From NCBI GenBank assembly GCA_047516705.1, contig JAKZUG010000097.1, forward strand, positions 1 through 38,010: a stretch of DNA of 38,010 nt, written 5' to 3'. A program made the position numbers and the translations under genes. The stretch comes from Candidatus Poribacteria bacterium (GTDB lineage Bacteria; Poribacteria; WGA-4E; WGA-3G). Numbering within the stretch: position 1 is the first letter of the stretch; every line of letters starts with the position of its first letter. Positions 32,329 to 38,010 of this stretch are shown piece by piece. Under the pieces are notes generated by a model. The model did not search any database. It was given only the letters and a program-made list of their open reading frames with translations, and was not told the DNA's origin.

Positions 32329-32541
32329 ATGAAAGTAAAGTATTTTCATGATACCGCTACAGCCTTGATTGAGTTTTCAGCACACCCAGTTGCTGAAACA
32401 AAAGAAATCAATGAGAATATCTACATAGATTTGGATGCTACAGGAAATCTGGTTGCGATAACCATTGAACATGCCGACTTACACGCGAATCTACCCGGTT
32501 TATTTTACGGGCAGATAGCACACGGAACAACTAATACATGA
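32329..32541 (+). CDS. DUF2283-like small protein (antitoxin-like fold family), with no partner gene
   Basis: 70 aa. MKVKYFHDTATALIEF...INENIYIDLDATGNLVAITIEHA matches the M.i.YD.e.D.lyi...vD.d..G.i.GIEi pattern. Its stop overlaps the sulfatase ATG (ATGA at 32538-32541). Confidence 0.6.
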   Translation: MKVKYFHDTATALIEFSAHPVAETKEINENIYIDLDATGNLVAITIEHADLHANLPGLFYGQIAHGTTNT

Positions 32542-34037
32542 CCGATAACCCAAATGTCATTCTCATCTTCGCAGACGATCTCGGACGCGGTATGCTCAGT
32601 TGCTATGGACAGCAACATTTCGAGACCCCAAATATCGACCGCCTCGCAAATGAAGGGATGAGGTTCAACCATGCCTACGGGTGCGCGTTTTGCGCGCCAT
32701 CTCGTGCCAGCATGCTGACGGGGATCCACGATTGCCATCAAGGGACATGGACATATACCAAGGGAGGCATCTACCAAAGCATAAGTACCGGTGAAATGAT
32801 GCCAAGTGAGATTTCGGAGTTGATTCATACAACCGGACTCCAAGCCGATCCTGACGATGTCTTCTTAGCACAAATCGCAGAGCAAGCAGGTTATACCACC
32901 GGACAAATCGGGAAACTTGAATGGGGTTTTGCTACAACGGGCGCGCGCATCCGCCGCCACGGCTGGCAGTATCACTACGGTTATTATGATCATCAGCGTT
33001 GCCACGGATTTTATCCGCCTTTTCTCTTTGAGAATGGAGAACTGACAAACATTCGAGGCAATACATACGCTGACTGCGGGAAGCATCCAAATTCGGAGTC
33101 GGACGAAAATATGGAGATTCGCAGGAATCGTCAGGGGAAAGCGGTATATTCTCAGGACATTTTCAACGAAAAAATCATAGCGTTCCTTCGCGATCACAAG
33201 GATAAACCTTTCTTTCTCTATCACCCTTCTCAGTTGCCACATGGACCCATCGCTATTCCTGATATCCACCCAGCCGTGAAACAGTCTTCGGCGTTGACCA
33301 CGTATGAAAAAGAATACGCTTCCATGATCCTAAAATTAGATGAGACCGTCGGGATTATCTTGGACGAACTCGAACGACTCGGTATTGACGACCGCACGAT
33401 GATTGTCTTCTGCTCTGATAACGGACACGAAGTGTATTACCGCCAGGAGGGACGAACTACAGGTAGGCAAGTGGATTTGGATGGCAACCCTTTTGACGAG
33501 ATCACAACGAAATTCTATTCGGAGACAGGTGGCGATGTGTTCAACGGAAACGACGGTATGGGAGGCTTGAAGTTTTCAAGTTGGGAAGGTGGCACGCGAA
33601 TTCCTTACATGGTCCGTTGGCCCGGAAGCATTACACCTGAGAGTGTCTCCAACCACATGCTCACGAACTATGATCTAATGCCAACCCTTGCAGATTTCAT
33701 CGGCGCGGAGATGCCACAAAGCAAAGACGGCGTATCGTTCTTACCGACTTTGCTTGAAAGGCATGAAGACCAGCAGCACCACGAGTGGGTCATATATGCC
33801 TCTCGGCTCGGTCCGGCACTCGTAACGGCAGATGGTTGGAAACTACGGTATATCAACCGCACGGACAGTTTCCAATTATATCATCTCGTCAACGATTACC
33901 GCGAGGAGAACGACATCGCGGCGGATCATCCTGACCTCGTTGCTCGACTCAGTGGATGGATGCTCAATGCGTGTGATGGTGATTATCGAAACGGTACCCC
34001 CGGAGCGCATCTCGCCGCGTATCCGGATGAAAATTGA
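32538..34037 (+). CDS. Formylglycine-dependent sulfatase (arylsulfatase family)
   Basis: N-terminus VILIFADDLGRGMLSCYG, the C-x-P-x-R motif CAPSRASMLTG, and later SDNGHE. No signal peptide is visible. Confidence 0.9.
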   Translation: MTDNPNVILIFADDLGRGMLSCYGQQHFETPNIDRLANEGMRFNHAYGCAFCAPSRASMLTGIHDCHQGTWTYTKGGIYQSISTGEMMPSEISELIHTTGLQADPDDVFLAQIAEQAGYTTGQIGKLEWGFATTGARIRRHGWQYHYGYYDHQRCHGFYPPFLFENGELTNIRGNTYADCGKHPNSESDENMEIRRNRQGKAVYSQDIFNEKIIAFLRDHKDKPFFLYHPSQLPHGPIAIPDIHPAVKQSSALTTYEKEYASMILKLDETVGIILDELERLGIDDRTMIVFCSDNGHEVYYRQEGRTTGRQVDLDGNPFDEITTKFYSETGGDVFNGNDGMGGLKFSSWEGGTRIPYMVRWPGSITPESVSNHMLTNYDLMPTLADFIGAEMPQSKDGVSFLPTLLERHEDQQHHEWVIYASRLGPALVTADGWKLRYINRTDSFQLYHLVNDYREENDIAADHPDLVARLSGWMLNACDGDYRNGTPGAHLAAYPDEN

Positions 34038-34078
34038 TTTGATTCGCCCACTTTCAACACATCAGAGAGGAATATTGT

Positions 34079-35167
34079 ATGCTCATTATTGATGCACACC
34101 TTGATCTGTCCATGAATGCATTACAAGGCAATAGGGATTTGCTAAGTTCTGCCTATACAATTCGCACCCAAGAGGCGCGAACCTCCGGCAAGGGACGCAC
34201 CCAAGGCACTGTCGCGCTTCCAGAGATGCGTCAGGGACGTATTGCACTGAGTTTCGTCACGCTATTTGCCCGTTCAACCGGCAGACCGTCCCCACATTCC
34301 GATTTCGCGTCGCCCGTCCAGTCGTACGGCATCGCACAGGGACAACTGGCTTACTACCACGCTTTAGAAGAAACCGGACACGTCCGTATCATCACAAGTC
34401 GGGAAAACTTGGACAGCCACATTGACGATTGGCGGGATTGGGAGAGCAAGACGACAGGTGATACAAGCGACCATAGTGATACCCCGCCTTTGGGATTTGT
34501 GATTAGTATGGAGGGTGCCGACCCGATTCTTCATCCGGAGCAATTAGAGGTTTGGGTGAAGGGTGGATTGCGTCTGATTGGTTTGACACACTACGGTCCG
34601 GGACGCTACGCCGGCGGAACAGGCACAGAGATTGGATTGACTGAACTCGGTCCACCTCTACTGGCTGAAATGGAACGCTTAGGTGTTATCCTCGACCTCA
34701 CCCACTGTTCTGATGAGGCGTTCTGGGAGGCATTGGAACACTACAATGGATTAGTTCTCGCCAGTCATAACAACTGCCGCGCGCTGGTTCCCCATCAACG
34801 TCAATTCAGCGATGCGCAATTACGTGCGATCTTTGAGCGGGACGGGGTCATTGGTGCTGCTTTTGATGCGTGGATGCTCCAACCGGGTTGGATTACCGGC
34901 GAAACTCCTAACGACAAGGTTACCTTGAGCAACGTCGTTGACCACATCGACTATATCTGTCAATTAGCAGGCAACAGTCGGCACGCTGCAATCGGTACTG
35001 ACTTAGATGGCGGTTATGGACGTGAACAGTCCCCGAGTGATTTGGACACCATCGCTGATCTACAAAAGATACCGAATTTGTTGGAGGCTCGCGGCTATAA
35101 GACTGATGACATCGCCGCCATCATGCACGGCAACTGGCTCCGATTCTTACACGACGCATGGAGTTAG
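34079..35167 (+). CDS. Membrane (renal-type) dipeptidase, peptidase family M19
   Basis: N-terminus IIDAHLDLSMNAL (HxD zinc ligands), then GLTHYGPGRYAGG, DLTHCSD, ASHNNCRAL, and the C-terminal NWLRFL typical of M19. Confidence 0.85.
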   Translation: MLIIDAHLDLSMNALQGNRDLLSSAYTIRTQEARTSGKGRTQGTVALPEMRQGRIALSFVTLFARSTGRPSPHSDFASPVQSYGIAQGQLAYYHALEETGHVRIITSRENLDSHIDDWRDWESKTTGDTSDHSDTPPLGFVISMEGADPILHPEQLEVWVKGGLRLIGLTHYGPGRYAGGTGTEIGLTELGPPLLAEMERLGVILDLTHCSDEAFWEALEHYNGLVLASHNNCRALVPHQRQFSDAQLRAIFERDGVIGAAFDAWMLQPGWITGETPNDKVTLSNVVDHIDYICQLAGNSRHAAIGTDLDGGYGREQSPSDLDTIADLQKIPNLLEARGYKTDDIAAIMHGNWLRFLHDAWS

Positions 35168-35181
35168 ACAAACTCGTAGCA

Positions 35182-35285
35182 TAGGTGAGAACCGGACAAA
35201 TCAGATCTCTTGGGGTAGCCCCGATGGAAGCAGCCTGTTTGAGTATCTCTACAGACAGCACACATTTCAGCAAAAACACTTCTAA
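35182..35285 (+). pseudogene. Orphan 3' fragment of a LuxC-like gene, homologous to 31911-32027
   Basis: It translates to NRTNQISWGSPDGSSLFEYLYRQHTFQQKHF*, compared with IPTNQISWDSPHEGNLFEHLYRQRAFQLGYSEARK* at the end of the 30603-32027 gene. By eye it is about 75% identical at the nucleotide level. No upstream body is present, and it starts 15 nt after the dipeptidase stop. Confidence 0.75.
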
Positions 35286-35447
35286 CTTGTTGAGCCTCGC
35301 TCCTGAGCCCTATGAACCCTCTATGAGATGGCTTGTGAATTTACATCTTGGTATTCAGTTCAATCTTATGTTACAATTACCAGAGATGCAAAACGTTTAT
35401 AATCGCATGTCTCTCCTTTTTTATTTTGAAACACCAGGAGGATTATA

Positions 35448-35717
35448 ATGCCGTATCCGAATTATACACCTGAAGTTGTCACCGCCCGCGGCGAAGAAAT
35501 CTATCAGCAACAGATACGACACAAAGTTGAACAGCAGCACAAAGGCAAATTCTTGGTCCTTGACATTGAAACTGGAGACTACGAAATTGACGCTGAAGAT
35601 TTGGAAGCAACGATGCGATTGCTTGCCAAGCACCCGAAAGCTATCACCTACGGTGTGCGGATCGGATATCCGGCAGCCTACGGAATTGGTTTTAACTTCA
35701 CGGCATATACAAAATGA
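35448..35717 (+). CDS. Small (89 aa) hypothetical protein, the upstream partner of the retropepsin-like protease
   Basis: AGGAGG lies 7 nt upstream of the ATG. The stop overlaps the partner's ATG (ATGA at 35714-35717). The core is GKFLVLDIETGDYEIDAEDLEATMRLLAKHP. No family is assigned with confidence. Confidence 0.7.
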   Translation: MPYPNYTPEVVTARGEEIYQQQIRHKVEQQHKGKFLVLDIETGDYEIDAEDLEATMRLLAKHPKAITYGVRIGYPAAYGIGFNFTAYTK

Positions 35718-36085
35718 TTATTGGAAAAATTAGGGCAGATCGAGAAGCGATCATTAAATTGGAAATTGTTGGATCAAATCACAGCGAAAAGGTTGAGGTG
35801 GTCATTGATACCGGTTTCACGGGATTTTTAATGCTGCCGATCGATTTGATTAACCGCCTTAGACTTCAACTGATCGGTAACCGACGCGCAATTCTTGGTG
35901 ATGGGAGTCCGGTTAGTTTTGATCTGTATCTTGCCAGAGTAGTGTGGCACGACGAAACACGTGAGGTTCCCACACTCGGAGCGAAACATGATGGTGCACT
36001 GCTTGGTATGTCTATGCTTTCTGGAAGTCGTGCAGTATTAGAGGTCATACCAAATGGTCCTGTAACCATTTCCCCTTTGGCGTAA
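35714..36085 (+). CDS. Retropepsin-like (clan AA) aspartic peptidase, single-domain
   Basis: 123 aa. The active-site motif is VVIDTGFTGFLMLP (D-T-G). The distal ALLGMSMLSG resembles the G.D/S.L flap/dimer motif of bacterial and archaeal retropepsin-like proteins. Confidence 0.7.
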   Translation: MIIGKIRADREAIIKLEIVGSNHSEKVEVVIDTGFTGFLMLPIDLINRLRLQLIGNRRAILGDGSPVSFDLYLARVVWHDETREVPTLGAKHDGALLGMSMLSGSRAVLEVIPNGPVTISPLA

Positions 36086-36086
36086 A

Positions 36087-36150
36087 TGATGACATTACTG
36101 CTATCATGCCCGGTAATTGGCTGCGATTCTTACATGATGCATGGAGTAAG
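36087..36150 (+). pseudogene. Orphan diverged copy of the dipeptidase 3' tail, a direct repeat of 35104-35167
   Basis: 53 of 64 nt are identical. It translates to DDITAIMPGNWLRFLHDAWS versus DDIAAIMHGNWLRFLHDAWS*. Seven of the 11 differences are synonymous third-position changes. The stop is mutated to AAG, so the frame runs on into a REP. Confidence 0.85.
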
Positions 36151-36159
36151 AAAAACCGT

Positions 36160-36186
36160 GGTAGGAGCGATCTCCGAATCGCGACT
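36160..36186. repeat. Type-2 REP (gGTAGGAGCGATctccgaATCGCgact)
   Basis: 25 of 27 positions (the shared core gtaggagcgatctccgaatcgcgact) are identical to 21908-21934. Confidence 0.85.
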
Positions 36187-36197
36187 AATGTACAAAT

Positions 36198-36464
36198 CTA
36201 AGCGGAGTTATCTTCGTTTACAGTGGAGTCACTGCCTAAGATTTTCGCAATTTGTAAGGTAAGATCAGACAATTCAGCAGTAGAGATTTTCCACACAACC
36301 TCAATGTCCACACCAAAATAGTGATGGATAAGTCTATCCCTTGTGGGCGTAAACACGATTTTTGCGGTTTTGGGAGATTTTGCCCAAATCCTCGAAACGC
36401 TTACCGACAATAACATCACCACCAAAGCGTAAAAGATTGGTATGAGTTTGAGATGCTTTCTCAT
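36198..36464 (-). pseudogene. Chimeric ORF: a signal peptide and PD40/TolB-like start fused to the C-terminal third of a HepT (DUF86, HEPN) toxin
   Basis: Residues 42-88, RDRLIHHYFGVDIEVVWKISTAELSDLTLQIAKIL, carry the HEPN RX4HXY motif and the typical HepT tail. Residues 1-41 are a signal peptide plus KIVFTPTRD. The HepT N-terminal helices are missing and there is no MNT partner. Confidence 0.6.
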
Positions 36465-36476
36465 TCAACTTATTTT

Positions 36477-37462
36477 CTAATCAGATATACTTGTGAACAG
36501 CAGCAGCATCGCAACGACAAAGCCTAAATTGCCAGCGATAGACCCTTTCGTTACGAGTGTTTTGCGAAGCGATGCTGTTTTCGATTTATAGATTTGGGTA
36601 TAAGCTTCGATATACTCAGGTGATTTGCCGAGGAGTTGCTCTGGTGGTGGCGTTGCGTTGTGCGGATACATGTGCACGCCAATCGGCACTGCCAAGGCAC
36701 CAAGAAGGATAGCACCTGCGGCAGCGCAACCCGCCTGCGAGGCAGTGGGTATAAGTGATAGACCCAAGCCTAAAGACTTGGGCTTCTGCATCGTGACACA
36801 GAAGCGTTTGTGGTATCAACAAGGGTTGCTTGCTATGCAAGTCTGATACCCTCTCCGCCAAGGGTTGCTACCCCAACCCCGCACCGAAGTGCCTAAATGT
36901 TTTGAGAGTGCGTTGTTTCGGGATTCGCCATTACGCGCCTTTCCCATTACACTCAAGTCTCCCATCAGCATCTATCTGGTGTCGTTAGACTTCTACCGCT
37001 TGTGTCGCAACTTTACGTGAGTCCACTCGGTATGCAGCCCCCAGGAGGCATGCTCAGAACCTCACACGCAAGCGCGTGATCGAGTTACTAAAGGAAATTA
37101 AATCACATTTTAGACCAAATGTCAACGCTTTTTTTAGGCGTTTGGACTCATTAACGAGGGCGGACTTTCATCCCAAACCTAAAGGATTGGGTTTTCAGTC
37201 CGTAAACAGGGTAAAACATCAGACCCTCCAAACGGATCCAACCTTGCTCCTAACGCACACCCTCCGACACAACCGAGGACGCAGCCAGCGGTGCTACTCA
37301 CCCACCTAACATAAACCACCACCCTTTTTTCATATCGTGGTTTGTGTCCCTTAGGGCATCGGCTTCCGCTTGTGTTTGCACGGAATTCTGTTGTACGAGA
37401 CTGACAGGCATCGTGCTGAAAAGTAATAAGGTTGCCGTGAAAAAGGCGAGTATACGAAACAT
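36477..37462 (-). pseudogene. Disrupted paralogue of the glycine-zipper membrane protein at 37539-38010. It has a 1-nt deletion near 37300-37303 and a ~490-bp insertion at 36732-37223.
   Basis: The N-terminal part (start at 37462) aligns to the intact copy up to GGCALGARLDPFGG. The C-terminal part (36477 to about 36731) aligns from GCAAAGAILLGALAVP onward. A run of 4 C in the intact copy (37861-37864) is 3 C here. Confidence 0.8.
36732..37223 (-). mobile_element. Non-coding ~490-bp insertion with same-orientation subterminal hairpins (IS200/IS605-derived PATE-like) and an internal promoter-like site and stem-loops
   Basis: The hairpins are cccaaacctaaaggattggg (37172-37191) and cccaagcctaaagacttggg (36763-36782), in direct orientation about 30-40 nt inside each junction. 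On the minus strand there is TTGACA-N17-TTTAAT (37125-37097). Several 5-7-bp stems are present. The only ORFs in the track here are 73-105-aa translations (36625..36846, 37076..37309, 37179..37496), which I treat as spurious. Confidence 0.5.
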
Positions 37463-37538
37463 AAAGTCCCTCTTTGGAGGTGTTGCGAATTTGCAAGTCT
37501 TCTGGTTTTCTAATTGAGATCCATCAGCAGTAGCATCA

Positions 37539-38010
37539 TTAATCGCTAATTATGGACAGTATCATACCAGCAACGCCTAAGTTAGAGGTGAGGGACCCAG
37601 CGGTTACGAGCCTTGTCCGAAGCGATATTGTTTTTGATCTATAGACTTGGGTGTAAGCTTTGATATATTCCGGAGTTTTTCCGAGGAATCGCTCCGGTGG
37701 TGGATTTACGTTGTGCGGATATATGAAAACAACGGCTGGCACTGCCAAGGCACCGAGAAGAATAGAGCCTGGGATACTACAATTCGTCACCGGGTCGTCT
37801 ATGGACGTCCCCAATAAACACCCTCCGACACAGCCAGTGACAAAACCCGCGGTGCTACTCACCCCACCTAACATAAACCACCACCCTTTTTTCATATCGT
37901 GGTCTATGTCCCTTAGGGCATCGGCTTCCGCCTGTGCTTGCATCGGGTTCTCTTGTGCGAAGCTGACAGGTATCGTGCTGAAAAGCAGTAGGGTTGCCAT
38001 GAGAAAGACG
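37539..38010 (-). CDS. Glycine-zipper-type small membrane protein (intact paralogue). The N-terminus probably lies beyond the window edge.
   Basis: The frame is open to nt 38010, and the track's Met aligns with a Thr in the paralogue's signal peptide. It has the glycine-rich TM segment GGVSSTAGFVTGCVGGCLLG and a second TM segment at the C-terminus. Confidence 0.7.
   Translation of the reverse strand, partial: VFLMATLLLFSTIPVSFAQENPMQAQAEADALRDIDHDMKKGWWFMLGGVSSTAGFVTGCVGGCLLGTSIDDPVTNCSIPGSILLGALAVPAVVFIYPHNVNPPPERFLGKTPEYIKAYTQVYRSKTISLRTRLVTAGSLTSNLGVAGMILSIISD

Noticed and set aside
37150-37185. The minus-strand sequence gggatgaaagtccgccc, which resembles the GAGGAAAGUCCGGGC P4 region of bacterial RNase P RNA
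   Set aside because: None of the other universally conserved RNase P segments (for example ACAGAAnCCGGCUUA or the GGUAACGCC-type P11/12 region) appear in the surrounding 500 nt, and the motif overlaps an element hairpin. I also saw no tmRNA, SRP or 6S signatures.

Overview
About 38 kb of bacterial chromosome with roughly 30 protein-coding genes, nearly all on the + strand. I saw no rRNA, tRNA or CRISPR array by eye. All domain calls come from motifs recognised in the supplied translations, because no search could be run. Gene content is a TPR/LamG protein, three tandem secreted LamG paralogues, a PhyH-type dioxygenase, an ECF sigma factor with a long C-terminal extension, a CBM9/DUF5916-like protein, an S9 peptidase, two PQQ-like beta-propellers, LuxE/LuxC-like enzymes, a sulfatase and an M19 dipeptidase. 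That mix resembles Planctomycetota/Poribacteria-like uncultured lineages, but this is only a guess. Nearly every long intergenic gap is filled with REP-like hairpins preceded by GTAGG, whose stems covary between copies, are nested inside one another and form recurrent composite arrays. Several small TIR-bounded MITE-like elements occur as well. The best candidates for something new are: (1) an A/T-rich, REP-bounded two-gene module at 4950-6690, an ABC/AAA_21-type ATPase translationally coupled to a PIN-like protein, which looks like a defence system; (2) a ~1-kb cassette at 35168-36086 encoding a small protein plus a retropepsin-like aspartic protease, flanked by diverged direct copies of the dipeptidase 3' tail and carrying an orphan LuxC-like tail; (3) a ~490-bp non-coding, structured element at 36732-37223 with same-orientation subterminal hairpins (IS200/IS605/PATE-like) that splits a glycine-zipper membrane-protein paralogue; (4) a 1.6-kb stretch at 21222-22819 with no ORF of 60 aa or more, full of repeats and promoter-like sites.
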